From an uncultured Clostridia bacterium (GTDB lineage Bacteria > Bacillota > Clostridia > TANB77 > CAG-508): a DNA stretch of 57,463 nt. The DNA is taken from NCBI GenBank assembly GCA_947631025.1, contig CANRKA010000003.1, forward strand, positions 1-57,463. The letters run 5' to 3'. The number at the start of each line of letters is the position of its first letter. The first letter of the stretch is position 1. Of this stretch, positions 1-9,787 are shown piece by piece. Both the position numbers and the translations under genes were made by a program. The notes under the pieces were generated by a model. That model saw only the letters and a program-made list of their open reading frames with translations. It searched no databases and was not told the origin of the DNA.

Positions 1-14
1 CATACTTTCTTTTT

Positions 15-729
15 TTATTTATATTCTCTTTCTAATTTTTCATTTAAATAAAGTTTTGAAATGATTTCTAATTCTTTTATGCTTTCTTCTGATACATTAA
101 ATGAATACAGTTTTTTTGGTGGTGCTAAAATAGCATATTGCACAGCTTTTAATGTTCCACTGTTAATTTTAATTGCACTTTTATCTTGTTTTCCACAAGA
201 TGTGCACTTTATTCCATTATCTTTTAAACTAAAATATTGTATTTCTTCCTTTTCCCTGCAATTTACACATTCTTGTATTTTAGGTGTAAATCCTAATAAA
301 CTTACTAATCTTAACTTAAATATAGAACTTACTAAATTTAAATTTTTGTCTGTTTCAGATATAACATATATTGTATTTAATAATAATTGTAATATTTTAT
401 AACTATTTTGGTTTTCTTCTACTGTGTCTCCTATTATTTTTGTAATATTTGCAACTGTGTTAAGTTTGTCTAAATCTATTCTAACATTATAAAAAACTTC
501 TATTGTATTACATGAATTTATATTATATGTACTTGCACCTTTATATAGCACATAATCTGCAAAACATAGGTATTGTGTGCCTGCAAGAAGACTACTTTTT
601 GGTCTTCTTGCTCCTTTTGCCGCACACGAAATTTTTCCGTAATCCTGGTGTAAGTAATGTTATCATTTTATCGTAATCACCCATATTATGCTCTGCTATT
701 ACTATTCCCTTGGTTTTTATTATTCCCAT
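15..729 (-). CDS. recO: DNA repair protein RecO; reading frame interrupted, needs a +1 shift at in-frame CGG 637..639
   Basis: Track ORF 15..551 is the RecO C-terminal part, with a CVNC...CTSC zinc motif. An ATG at 729 opens MGIIKTKGIVIAEHNMGDYDKMITLLTPGL in another frame. Skipping the C of CGG joins it to GKISCAAKGARRPKSSLLAGTQYLCFADYVLYKG. The position downstream of era is the canonical one. Confidence 0.85.
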
Positions 730-838
730 TTTCTTCCGCCTTTATAATTCTTTCCATTTGTTCTATTTGCTTTAATTCGAAAAAAGTATCTATATTTCCT
801 GTATTTTTAAATGTATTCCACGCTATTTGTTTTATCAT
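686..838 (-). CDS. small YqzL-like protein (50 aa), not in the ORF track
   Basis: ATG at 838 lies 8 nt after a GGAG. Translation: MIKQIAWNTFKNTGNIDTFFELKQIEQMERIIKAEENGNNKNQGNSNSRA. A small YqzL-type ORF lies between era and recO in Bacillus and Clostridium (family recalled from memory). It overlaps the recO start. Confidence 0.5.
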   Translation of the reverse strand: MIKQIAWNTFKNTGNIDTFFELKQIEQMERIIKAEENGNNKNQGNSNSRA

Positions 839-940
839 GAAATCATCTCCTTTACGTTATTTATCTTTTGTAAAAATTTTTATTTTATTCTTTAATTTTT
901 AAGTTATAGTTATAATGTAATTTTTTAAATTTTATACATT

Positions 941-1846
941 TTATTTCATTTTAAACTTATTTATTATGCTATCTTTTTGTTGCCAATCTTCTTTTACTTT
1001 TACCCATATTTTTAAGTTTATTTTTATTCCTAACATCTTTTCTAAGTCGTGCCTTGCATATGTTCCAATTCTTTTTAGCATTTGTCCGCCTTTTCCTATT
1101 ATAATTCCCTTATGTGAATTTCTTAAACAATATATTGTAGCTTCCACATCATAAATTTGCTCTCCTTTGTTTGTTGTTCTTTCTTGCATTTTTTCTGTTT
1201 CTACATATATTCCATGTGGTACTTCTTCATCTAATAATTTTAATGATTTTTCTCGTATTGTTTCTTCTACTAATTGTCTTTCTGTTTGGTCTGTATACTC
1301 TTCTATATCATAATATGCAGGACCTGGTTTTAGGTTCTTTTCTATTTCGTCTAATATTGTTTCTACTTCTTTGCTTTTTATTGCAGATGTTGGAATTACA
1401 GCTTCAAAATTATACTCTTTTTGGTACATATCTATTATATTTAATAATTTTTCTTTTTTTATTAAATCTATCTTATTTATAATTAATATTGTCTTCTTTT
1501 TTGCTTCTTTTATTTTTTCTAGAATAATTCTGTCACCTTTTGATATTTCATCTTTTTGGCTATCTACCATAAATAAAACAATATCAACATCTTGAACAGT
1601 TCCATAAGCTGTCTCTAGCATTGTTTCTCCTAATTTAGTTTTTGGTTTATGTATTCCTGGTGTATCTATAAAAATTATTTGTGAATTTTTTCTATTTACT
1701 ATTGCTCTAATTGCTGTTCTTGTTGTTTGAGATTTATTTGCTGTTATTGCTACTTTTTCTCCTGTTAAGGAATTTATTAAAGTAGATTTACCAACATTAG
1801 TTTTACCAATTATAGATACAAAACCAGATTTAAATTCTTGGTTCAT
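941..1846 (-). CDS. era: GTPase Era
   Basis: 301 aa with G1 GKTNVGKSTL, G3 DTPG, G4 NKID and a C-terminal KH domain (IIGKGGQMLKRIG). Confidence 0.95.
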   Translation of the reverse strand: MNQEFKSGFVSIIGKTNVGKSTLINSLTGEKVAITANKSQTTRTAIRAIVNRKNSQIIFIDTPGIHKPKTKLGETMLETAYGTVQDVDIVLFMVDSQKDEISKGDRIILEKIKEAKKKTILIINKIDLIKKEKLLNIIDMYQKEYNFEAVIPTSAIKSKEVETILDEIEKNLKPGPAYYDIEEYTDQTERQLVEETIREKSLKLLDEEVPHGIYVETEKMQERTTNKGEQIYDVEATIYCLRNSHKGIIIGKGGQMLKRIGTYARHDLEKMLGIKINLKIWVKVKEDWQQKDSIINKFKMK

Positions 1847-1928
1847 TTTTATTTCCTTTCATTGTTAATATTATATTATTTTTATTTTAAATATTTTGTA
1901 GAAATTTAGATTTTATAAATTTTATTTT

Positions 1929-2000
1929 GTAGAGGCAGGATTTCATCCCTGCCCGTTATAATTTTTACATATTGGGCAGGGGTGGAACCCTGCCCCCTAC
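1929..2000. repeat. two inverted copies of a GC-rich hairpin repeat (GTAGAGG-GGCAGG..CCTGCC and GGGCAGGG..CCCTGCCC-CCTAC)
   Basis: GC-rich palindromes in an AT-rich intergenic gap between era and the DUF3048 gene. Related copies are at 15723, 23248, 28661 and 55010. Confidence 0.7.
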
Positions 2001-2008
2001 ATATTATT

Positions 2009-3061
2009 TTATTCAAATGTAACATTTGCATCTATAGGACAAATATTAAAGAATGTATTACCATCATTTACTTTTATTTCATTTCCTTGTTCATCTTTAT
2101 AAACTGTTTGTGATTTTCTATCTTCCTTAATACATGTAATAGGTATAGCTTTTCCGTTTGTTATATAATATCCTTTAAATGTTCCTATATTAGATAAATT
2201 TTGTCTATCTTTATTTTCTCCATCATTTAATTTTGTATTTTTAACAAATGTTATAATTATATTTTTTGTTGTTATTGTGTTTCCTGTTTCAAATTCGGTT
2301 TGCTTTGTTCCTTTTGCATATCTTGTATATGTTTTTGTTTCTGCATTGTAAATATATTTTGTTGTGTGACCTGTTGAATATGGTATTGAAACAGTATTTG
2401 CTGTTGTTCCATTTTCTAACTCAACTTCTTCTGTAACATAATTTAATACACTTTTTTGAGTAGATGTTAGTTTGTATTTTTTATTTTCTGCTATTTCTTT
2501 TATTTTATCTGTACTTGTTAAAACATTGTGTGGAGAAGATTTTTGTTTTATTCTCCAAAAACTACTTTCGCTTTCTGTAATTCCATTTATATTATTAACA
2601 TGTAAAGATGATATATCGCTTTCTGCTTTAGGACTCCATCCATAATGAACATATATTGCATCATTTTCAAATGCATAATCTAAAAAGTAATGTCTTGAGC
2701 TTCTTACAGGTCCAATTTTAGAAACATCCTGTCCTTTAAATACTGCCATTAACCTTGTTTCTCCACCTTCAACTATTATTTCATAAATTGCATAAGCTTT
2801 TGTAAGTCCTGCCTGTGGCCAAGCGCCTTTATGGTTATCTATCATAACTGCAATTGGTCTTTCCGTACCAGAAAAAATATTTATTTTTTTATCTTCTATA
2901 ATCTCTTCTATTACGTTATTGTTTGCTTCTGTTGGTATTTTATTATTTTTGTTTACTAAATACATTGCCAGTAATATAGCTGCTGCAATTATAATTATTA
3001 TTGAAATTACTATTATAAATATTTTCATTTTTTTGTTTTGTTTTTTTTCTTTTTTACTCAT
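2009..3061 (-). CDS. DUF3048 (YerB-like) membrane-anchored or lipoprotein
   Basis: N-terminal TM/signal segment, then RPIAVMIDNHKGAWPQAGL...GETRLMAVF...VRSSRHYFLDYA, which is typical of DUF3048. Confidence 0.75.
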   Translation of the reverse strand: MSKKEKKQNKKMKIFIIVISIIIIIAAAILLAMYLVNKNNKIPTEANNNVIEEIIEDKKINIFSGTERPIAVMIDNHKGAWPQAGLTKAYAIYEIIVEGGETRLMAVFKGQDVSKIGPVRSSRHYFLDYAFENDAIYVHYGWSPKAESDISSLHVNNINGITESESSFWRIKQKSSPHNVLTSTDKIKEIAENKKYKLTSTQKSVLNYVTEEVELENGTTANTVSIPYSTGHTTKYIYNAETKTYTRYAKGTKQTEFETGNTITTKNIIITFVKNTKLNDGENKDRQNLSNIGTFKGYYITNGKAIPITCIKEDRKSQTVYKDEQGNEIKVNDGNTFFNICPIDANVTFE

Positions 3062-3170
3062 ATAATACCTCTTTTTTTATTATTTTTTTATACATTTGTT
3101 TTGCAAATTGAAATAAGCATTGTCCCATATAATTAATTTACATTATTTTGCAATATTTAATTTTGTGGTT

Positions 3171-3641
3171 TTATCTATTTATTTGTAATTTTGTTAATAT
3201 GTTTTCTTCTTTTTCACGCATTTGTCTTTTTTCTTCTTCTTCCATATGGTCATATCCCATAAGGTGATAAAATCCATGTACTACCATATATGATAATTCT
3301 CTTTCAAAACTATGTCCATATTCTTTTGCTTGAATTTCTACTTGCTTAATTGAAATTACTATATCTCCTAAAACTTCCTGAATTCCATCTAACTTTGTAC
3401 TACTTATTTTAGATATTTCATCTTTTTCAAACATTGGAAATGATAATACATCTGTAGATTTATTTATTTTTCTGTATTCATTATTTATTCTTCTAATATT
3501 TTCTGGGTTTGTTAAGGTAAAACTCACATATAAATTATTTAAATTTTCTACTTCAAAGCATTTTGTTATTACTTTTTCTATTATATTTTCGTAGCTTTTA
3601 TTTTCTTCTATTTCTAAATATTGAATTTCTATATTTTTCAT
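3171..3641 (-). CDS. ybeY: rRNA maturation endoribonuclease YbeY
   Basis: 156 aa with the HGFYHLMGYDH zinc motif. Confidence 0.9.
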   Translation of the reverse strand: MKNIEIQYLEIEENKSYENIIEKVITKCFEVENLNNLYVSFTLTNPENIRRINNEYRKINKSTDVLSFPMFEKDEISKISSTKLDGIQEVLGDIVISIKQVEIQAKEYGHSFERELSYMVVHGFYHLMGYDHMEEEEKRQMREKEENILTKLQINR

Positions 3642-3709
3642 ATAATATTTCCTTTTTATTTGTATTAAAATGAATTGCTATAGTTGTTGGGCACTTTATA
3701 TTTTCTTAC

Positions 3710-4903
3710 TTAAGCAATTTGTTTTTGTTTAGTATAATTTCCAATTGTTTTATATGTATTTTTTATATTTCTCATTGCGCCCATTGAAACAAGTTTTTCT
3801 TTATAAAATTTAATAATCTTTTCATATTTTAAATTATTTTTGCTATCATTTAATTTTCTTAAATCATTTCTAATAAATAAAACTTCTTTTTGTTCTTCAT
3901 ATTCTTCTGGGTTTTCTTCTTTTAGTTTTTGTATTTGTTTAAATTCATTCCAGAAATTTTTATATTCATCTCTTTGGCTAGGTTTGTCCCAATAAATTTT
4001 TGTTGATAACAATCTAATATTATAACTTTCTATTAAATTAATTAATAATTTGTATGCATCTTGTCTTTTTTGAACTATTTTTGTATCAACTATTAAGCTT
4101 CTTGTGTCTTTTAATAATTTAATATAGCACTGTTCTGCAACAATTAATGGCAAACTATGTGTAAATAACTGTCTACTAATACCTAATAAAATTGCCTTTT
4201 TTTCTATAAATTCCTTTTGGTCTAATTTTCCTACAGTATAGCTTTCAAACTTTTCAAATTCACTCATTATTTCTTTGTATATGCCATCATCATCATTTTT
4301 TATTTTAATAGGCAAAATTGTTCCTATATATTCTTCTAATGTCTTAAAAATTTTATCATATATAACTTGCTTATCTTTTTCTACTAAATTATCTGCAAGT
4401 TGAACTGAGTAATGCTTTAATAATCCTTTATATAATGAATCCATTTTATTTGAGTAAAATAATTCATAATTATTTTTTAATTTCTCTTTATTAGAGTTTT
4501 TTACAGTTTCATAATCTATATCTATTAAATATTTTTGTTTTTTATATTTGTATTCTAAATATTCTGTCTCTTTTAAATGTGTTACCTCATAATAATTTGC
4601 AAGTGCATTTCTTTCAAATTCATTTGCCGTATCATTTTTCACTTTTTTGTATATTGAATCCATTATATATTTATCTATTGATTCTAAATATAAAGAATAT
4701 GTATCTTCATATTTTTTTCTAAGTTCTTCTTCATCTTTTTCTTCTTGATAGTATAAATATGCTTTTACTACATTATTTCTTTTTAATGAAATAATTACAC
4801 TATTAAATCCAACTTTTGTTGGTATAAGTAGCTTCCCTATAGTATTTGTAATCTTTTTAAAAAATGTCTTGTCTGATTCTATAACTCTTAGTCCTCTTTC
4901 CAT
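3710..4903 (-). CDS. hypothetical K/E-rich protein (397 aa)
   Basis: Long ORF in the same operon orientation between yqfD and ybeY. I recognise no family motif. Confidence 0.6.
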   Translation of the reverse strand: MERGLRVIESDKTFFKKITNTIGKLLIPTKVGFNSVIISLKRNNVVKAYLYYQEEKDEEELRKKYEDTYSLYLESIDKYIMDSIYKKVKNDTANEFERNALANYYEVTHLKETEYLEYKYKKQKYLIDIDYETVKNSNKEKLKNNYELFYSNKMDSLYKGLLKHYSVQLADNLVEKDKQVIYDKIFKTLEEYIGTILPIKIKNDDDGIYKEIMSEFEKFESYTVGKLDQKEFIEKKAILLGISRQLFTHSLPLIVAEQCYIKLLKDTRSLIVDTKIVQKRQDAYKLLINLIESYNIRLLSTKIYWDKPSQRDEYKNFWNEFKQIQKLKEENPEEYEEQKEVLFIRNDLRKLNDSKNNLKYEKIIKFYKEKLVSMGAMRNIKNTYKTIGNYTKQKQIA

Positions 4904-4918
4904 ATATCAATCATCCTT

Positions 4919-6103
4919 TCAATATACTATTTTCTCTTCAGTGCCTATATTTTCTAAAACCTCATATATAACTTCTACTTCAATATAGTCTTCTGTTTCA
5001 TTTACATTTATATTTTTATTTTGTATATTTTCCATAGAATTAATTTGATTATTTAGTTTTTCTTCTGCCTTCTGAGTTGCTACAATTTTTGCCTCTTCTG
5101 GAGTATAATTTTTTACTGTTTTAATTGTTTCAAAATTATTACACTTGGTAATTTCTACGGGTAGATAGAAATCAGAAAATATTTTTAATTTTTGTCTTTC
5201 GTATATTGTATCATAATTTTTAAATTTGGAAAGAGTTTTATAAAAATTTATTTGAAAATTATTTAATTTTATCTCATATTTGGTTTCCTTATTCCCTGTT
5301 TTTTCCATTTTTGTTTCTTTTAAATTAACCTTTTCTACTACGGAATACCACGTTTTAGCTTTTATTTCTCCAGAAGCATGAACATATCTTATTCCGGTAT
5401 ATTTTCCTTCCATCCATCCTGCAATTAATATATCTCCTTTTTTTACAAGGTCTCCTTCCTTATACATTGCAGTTCCGCTATAAGAATCAATTTTTTGGAT
5501 AATTGCATCTTTTTCAGCAATAATATTGCAAAATTCATCGGATTTAACTAATTGAGGTTTTTCGTCAGATTCTACAATTTTTACTTTTGCATTTGTTCCA
5601 TTAATATTTATTCCAATCCATGATATGTCTTTTCTAGTTAATCTAATATTATTTATAACCTCATTTTTATTTATATTTTTCTTTAACTTTCCTACCTCTA
5701 ATCCTTGCATTTTTAAGTCTTTAATTAATTCATCCTTAGGTATTTTTTCGTTACCTATAATTTCTACATTCCAAATAAAATTTGAAGATATTATAATTAT
5801 AATAAATATAACAATTAAGCCCATAGCAAATATCTTTCTTTTTTTATATTTATTTAAGTAAAATGGGATTCCTTTTTTTCTTTCTATATGAGTTTTGCAT
5901 TTTGTTTCTTTTGAAATACTTTTTATTCTTTTATAATCTTTAATTCCAATATTCGTATGTAAAATACTTGCTTTTTCTCGTTTCATTCCCCAAAGAAAAA
6001 TTCCATTTGCTTTACATTTATTTATAAATCTTTCTATAAAAAAACCTTCAACATTTATTCTTATATATCCAAAAATTTTATTTAAAATAATTTTTAAAAA
6101 CAA
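4919..6103 (-). CDS. yqfD: sporulation protein YqfD
   Basis: 394 aa with the typical YqfD N-terminus (IRINVEGFFIERFINKC), a central TM segment and a position after yqfC. Confidence 0.85.
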   Translation of the reverse strand: MFLKIILNKIFGYIRINVEGFFIERFINKCKANGIFLWGMKREKASILHTNIGIKDYKRIKSISKETKCKTHIERKKGIPFYLNKYKKRKIFAMGLIVIFIIIIISSNFIWNVEIIGNEKIPKDELIKDLKMQGLEVGKLKKNINKNEVINNIRLTRKDISWIGININGTNAKVKIVESDEKPQLVKSDEFCNIIAEKDAIIQKIDSYSGTAMYKEGDLVKKGDILIAGWMEGKYTGIRYVHASGEIKAKTWYSVVEKVNLKETKMEKTGNKETKYEIKLNNFQINFYKTLSKFKNYDTIYERQKLKIFSDFYLPVEITKCNNFETIKTVKNYTPEEAKIVATQKAEEKLNNQINSMENIQNKNINVNETEDYIEVEVIYEVLENIGTEEKIVY

Positions 6104-6106
6104 ATG

Positions 6107-6403
6107 CTATTCCTCCTCATCTGCCATACTTTCAAAGTCTATGCTTTCTATTTTTCCTGTTATCATTATATCTTCATCTGTCATTTCATTTAAAAGCAAA
6201 TTAAATCCATTTATATTTAATACTCCAATATATGTATTAAGTTTAATATAAAAACTTTCATACTCTAAAATTCCTTTGTAATTTTCTACTAACATTTTTT
6301 CAAAACCTAAAACAGTTATTTTAGGCTCTTTGCAGGAAATTTCCTCTGGAAATTCCAAAATATTTGATAATCTAGATAAATTTTGTTTATTTTTTCTTTT
6401 CAT
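6107..6403 (-). CDS. yqfC: sporulation protein YqfC (YabP/YqfC family)
   Basis: 98 aa, lying directly upstream of yqfD as a conserved pair. Confidence 0.8.
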   Translation of the reverse strand: MKRKNKQNLSRLSNILEFPEEISCKEPKITVLGFEKMLVENYKGILEYESFYIKLNTYIGVLNINGFNLLLNEMTDEDIMITGKIESIDFESMADEEE

Positions 6404-6446
6404 AAATGTCTCCTAAATTTATTATTTTTTAATTTAAAATTTACAT

Positions 6447-7262
6447 TTATAATTCAAATTCATCTAATGATTTAAATTCATATCCCTTATTTTTTGTCTC
6501 TTTAATTATAAAATCTAAAACATTACAATTATCTTTAGAATTTCCATGTAGTAACATTATTTCTCCATTGTGCAGATTATTTATAATCATTTTTTTTGCG
6601 TTTTCTTCTCCAGATTGATTGTTTTCTTCCCAATCTTTATATGCAAAACTCCACATTACAGTTTTATAGCCTAAATTATTACATGTGTTTAGTGTTCTTT
6701 GGCTATATTCTCCTTTAGGTGGCCTTAAATATTTCATTTCATACCCAAATTTTTCATATATAGAAATATGCAACTTCATAACTTCTTCTTTTATTTGTTC
6801 ATCAGATATATCGGGCATACTTTTATGATTTACTGTATGATTTCCTACAATGTGTCCTTCTTCTATCATTCTTTTTACCAAGTCTTCATTTGTATTTAAG
6901 TAATGCGCAGTAATAAAAAAAGCACCCTTTACATTATTTTCTTTTAAGACATCTAAAATTTTTGAAGTATATCCTGCTTCATAGCCTTCATCAAAAGTTA
7001 AATATATATAAGGTTTTTCTTTATTTCCAATTGCGTACCCTTCACATTCATTTATTAAACTTAAATTAACTTTCCCTAAATCTGGCTGAATATGATCTTT
7101 TTCTCTTTTAATACCCCAATTAATTTTTTTATTACTTAATTCATTAGAAGAATTTGTTTCTAATGTCTGAAAATCGGTATTTTTCTCAGAAATAAAAACA
7201 CATACAGAAAATATTAATACAATTAAACAGCAAAAACTTAAAAATATGGACCTATCTTTCAC
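6447..7262 (-). CDS. polysaccharide deacetylase, PdaA-like (delta-lactam-biosynthetic de-N-acetylase type)
   Basis: Signal/TM segment followed by NodB motifs: YLTFDEGYE, HIVGNHTVNH, YLRPPKGEYS, IMLLH. Confidence 0.8.
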   Translation of the reverse strand: MKDRSIFLSFCCLIVLIFSVCVFISEKNTDFQTLETNSSNELSNKKINWGIKREKDHIQPDLGKVNLSLINECEGYAIGNKEKPYIYLTFDEGYEAGYTSKILDVLKENNVKGAFFITAHYLNTNEDLVKRMIEEGHIVGNHTVNHKSMPDISDEQIKEEVMKLHISIYEKFGYEMKYLRPPKGEYSQRTLNTCNNLGYKTVMWSFAYKDWEENNQSGEENAKKMIINNLHNGEIMLLHGNSKDNCNVLDFIIKETKNKGYEFKSLDEFEL

Positions 7263-7403
7263 AATTAACCTCCTCGTACATCTGCTTTTTTTAATTTTAT
7301 GATTTTAATTTAAAATTATTACTTTTTTAATTTTTTATAATTTTTTAGGTCTTCGACAAATTTCTACAAAATTTTATTTTAATTTGTTATAAAATCTCCT
7401 TTA

Positions 7404-7432
7404 TTGACATTTTTCAGTTTTTAATTTAATAT
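7404..7432 (+). promoter_or_regulatory. sigma-A-type promoter candidate for the response regulator/kinase operon
   Basis: TTGACA (7404..7409), a 17-nt spacer, then TAATAT (7427..7432). Confidence 0.4.
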
Positions 7433-7513
7433 TGTTACAAAATGCGAGTTTATAACAGATTACACCTTTATTACTTACAAATGATAAATTTTTATAATAC
7501 GGAGGATAAATTT

Positions 7514-8257
7514 ATGTTAAATTTTGCAGTTTGCGATGATAACATAATTATTTTAAATAGGCTTTGCAAAATGTTAGAGTCTATATTTATTGAAAATAAT
7601 TTAGATGCAGAAATTGTATTTTCTACAACTTCTACAAAGAAGCTTTTAGAATATTCACAAAATAATAATATCGATGTTTTAATTTTAGATATTGATTTTA
7701 AAAATGAAATTTCTGGAATAGAAACTGGAAAAATAATACGAAAAAATAATAAAAATATTTATTTAATTTTTTCAACTGCACATTTAGAATATGTTTTAAT
7801 TGCATATAAATTAAAAACATTTGATTACTTACCTAAACCTGTTACTTCCGAAAAATTAAAAGAAACAATATTAAGAGTATTCGAAGATGTCTCTGAAAGA
7901 ACTAAAGAAACAAATTTTATAAGAGTAGGAAAAAGTAAAGTTTTAGTTAAGGAAAATGATATAAAATATATAAAAAAAGATGGTATGAAATTAGTTTATC
8001 ACACTAATAAAAAGAATTATGAAGTTTATTCATCTTTTAATCAAATACAAGATACATTACCAAAAAACTTTGTAAGATGTCATAAGTCTTATATAGTAAA
8101 TGTTAATAATATTACAAATATAAAATCCAATAATACAGTATTTTTTAATACAAATGAATATTGCAACATTGGACCTAAATATAAAGATAATTTAATGGAG
8201 GTTTTTAATAATGGAAATTCTACAAAATATTTGGACAGCTTTGACAAGCGAGAATGA
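7514..8257 (+). CDS. LytTR-family response regulator (AgrA-like)
   Basis: ATG at 7514 follows a GGAGG. Receiver domain (VCDDN..., LILDIDF) plus a C-terminal LytTR domain (FVRCHKSYIVNVNNI). The track ORF start at 7442 is probably too far upstream. Confidence 0.85.
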   Translation: MLNFAVCDDNIIILNRLCKMLESIFIENNLDAEIVFSTTSTKKLLEYSQNNNIDVLILDIDFKNEISGIETGKIIRKNNKNIYLIFSTAHLEYVLIAYKLKTFDYLPKPVTSEKLKETILRVFEDVSERTKETNFIRVGKSKVLVKENDIKYIKKDGMKLVYHTNKKNYEVYSSFNQIQDTLPKNFVRCHKSYIVNVNNITNIKSNNTVFFNTNEYCNIGPKYKDNLMEVFNNGNSTKYLDSFDKRE

Positions 8258-9560
8258 ATTAATAGTTAATATACAAGGTATTCCTTTAAGTTTTATTGAA
8301 ATATATGTATTTATGCTATTATTTACTACTTTATTTAATGTTTCTTCAAGTAAAAAGACTCAAATACTATATGTTACTACTTTTTCTTTATTAACAACTT
8401 TATCAAGAGTTTTTATACCCGACCCTTATGGTACTTTCTTTAATATTATACTATGCCCTATTCTAATAATGACTTTCTTTAAAATTAATTTTCTAAAATC
8501 TATTTTTAGCGAAATTATACCAATAAGTATTAGTACTATAATTGATTTAATTTTATTTAAACTTTTTTCGACCTTTTTAAATATAACAAATGATAATATA
8601 TTAAATATTCCGATTTACAGAATTATCTTTTCATTTATTGAGTATTTTATAATATTTGTAATATATAGTATTTTAAAACATTTTAATATAAATTTAGCAT
8701 CACTTACTGGTAAAAATAAAAAATATAATGTTACTTTAACAGTATCTTGTATATTAGGTATTATAGCAATTTGCTCACAAATGTATATTTGTGCATACTA
8801 TATAAATTACTTGCCAATACAAATAATAATTATTAGTATTACAAGCTTACTTGCATATTTTATTATTAGTTTTTATAGCTTAATTAGCACTAACAATTTA
8901 AATATTGTAAAGCAAAACTTAGAAGAAACAAAGTTAATGAATAAAACATTAACTATATTAAATGATAAAATTAGAGCTTTTAGACATGATTTTAATAATA
9001 TAATTCAAGCATTAGGAGGTTATATTCAAGCAAAAGATATAGAAGGACTTGAAAAATATTATTCTCAGCTTTTAAAAGATTGCAAAGAAGTAACCAATTT
9101 ATCTGGCTTAAATCCAGATTCTATAAATAATCCTGCAATATACAGTTTAATTGCATCTAAATATTATTTAGCAACTAATCAAGGTATAGAATTTAATATA
9201 GATATTTTTATGGATTTAAACTCTATAGATATGAAAATTTATGAATTTTGTAGAATACTAGGAATACTACTTGATAATGCAATACAGGCAACACAAGAAT
9301 GTGACCAAAAACAAATAAACATTACAATTAGAAAAGATACAAGAAATAAAAGACAATTATTAATAATAGAAAACACTTATAAAGACAAGCAAATAGATAC
9401 AGAAAAAATATATGAAAAGGGATATTCAACAAAAGAAGGTAATACAGGACTTGGTTTATGGGAAGTAAGGCAAATTTTATGTAAAAATACAAATCTTAAT
9501 TTATTTACCTCTAAAAATGATACATATTTTAAACAACAATTAGAAATATATAAAATTTAA
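8211..9560 (+). CDS. AgrC-like GHKL sensor histidine kinase
   Basis: Polytopic N-terminal half, H-box FRHDFNN, N-box LLDNAIQA and G-box GLGLW. GGAGG lies 9 nt upstream of the ATG. Confidence 0.85.
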   Translation: MEILQNIWTALTSENELIVNIQGIPLSFIEIYVFMLLFTTLFNVSSSKKTQILYVTTFSLLTTLSRVFIPDPYGTFFNIILCPILIMTFFKINFLKSIFSEIIPISISTIIDLILFKLFSTFLNITNDNILNIPIYRIIFSFIEYFIIFVIYSILKHFNINLASLTGKNKKYNVTLTVSCILGIIAICSQMYICAYYINYLPIQIIIISITSLLAYFIISFYSLISTNNLNIVKQNLEETKLMNKTLTILNDKIRAFRHDFNNIIQALGGYIQAKDIEGLEKYYSQLLKDCKEVTNLSGLNPDSINNPAIYSLIASKYYLATNQGIEFNIDIFMDLNSIDMKIYEFCRILGILLDNAIQATQECDQKQINITIRKDTRNKRQLLIIENTYKDKQIDTEKIYEKGYSTKEGNTGLGLWEVRQILCKNTNLNLFTSKNDTYFKQQLEIYKI

Positions 9561-9584
9561 GAAGATGTACATACACATCTTCTT
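9559..9584. terminator. bidirectional intrinsic terminator between the convergent kinase gene and agrD
   Basis: AAGAAGATGT-ACATAC-ACATCTTCTT, a 10-bp stem followed by a T-rich tract. Confidence 0.6.
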
Positions 9585-9595
9585 TTATATTTTTA

Positions 9596-9715
9596 CTAAT
9601 CTTTTTTTATTAAAGCTTTTGGGCATTTTGGTTGATGAAATATATTAAATACATAACTTGCTGTATTTGTGCTTTTTGCATATTTTTCTGCTAATTTAGC
9701 TAACATTTTTACCAT
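9596..9715 (-). CDS. agrD: AgrD-like autoinducing peptide precursor (39 aa), not in the ORF track
   Basis: A GAGGAGG RBS precedes MVKMLAKLAEKYAKSTNTASYVFNIFHQPKCPKALIKKD. The ORF is directly downstream of agrB. It has an amphipathic N-terminus and an HQPxxPKxL tail resembling clostridial AgrD tails. Confidence 0.7.
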   Translation of the reverse strand: MVKMLAKLAEKYAKSTNTASYVFNIFHQPKCPKALIKKD

Positions 9716-9787
9716 AATAAATTCCTCCTCTTTGGTTTAAAATATTTTATAATAGATTATTGCCGGCTAAATAATCTTATTATTAAC

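Noticed and set aside
61-402. Track ORF on the plus strand, antisense to recO
   Set aside because: F/L/S/I-rich shadow of a well-supported minus-strand gene in AT-rich DNA, with no RBS or motif.
632-636. Homopolymer (T5) as the cause of the recO frameshift; likewise the T6 run at 11882..11887 for the methyltransferase
   Set aside because: Both would restore the frame. The recO repair would replace the expected Gly with Arg. The five other sites have no usable homopolymer, and one rule (skip the C of CGG) explains all seven. I keep this as a stated alternative, not as excluded.
966-1595. Three overlapping plus-strand track ORFs inside era
   Set aside because: Antisense shadows with low-complexity Leu/Phe/Ile translations. 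Era fully explains the region.
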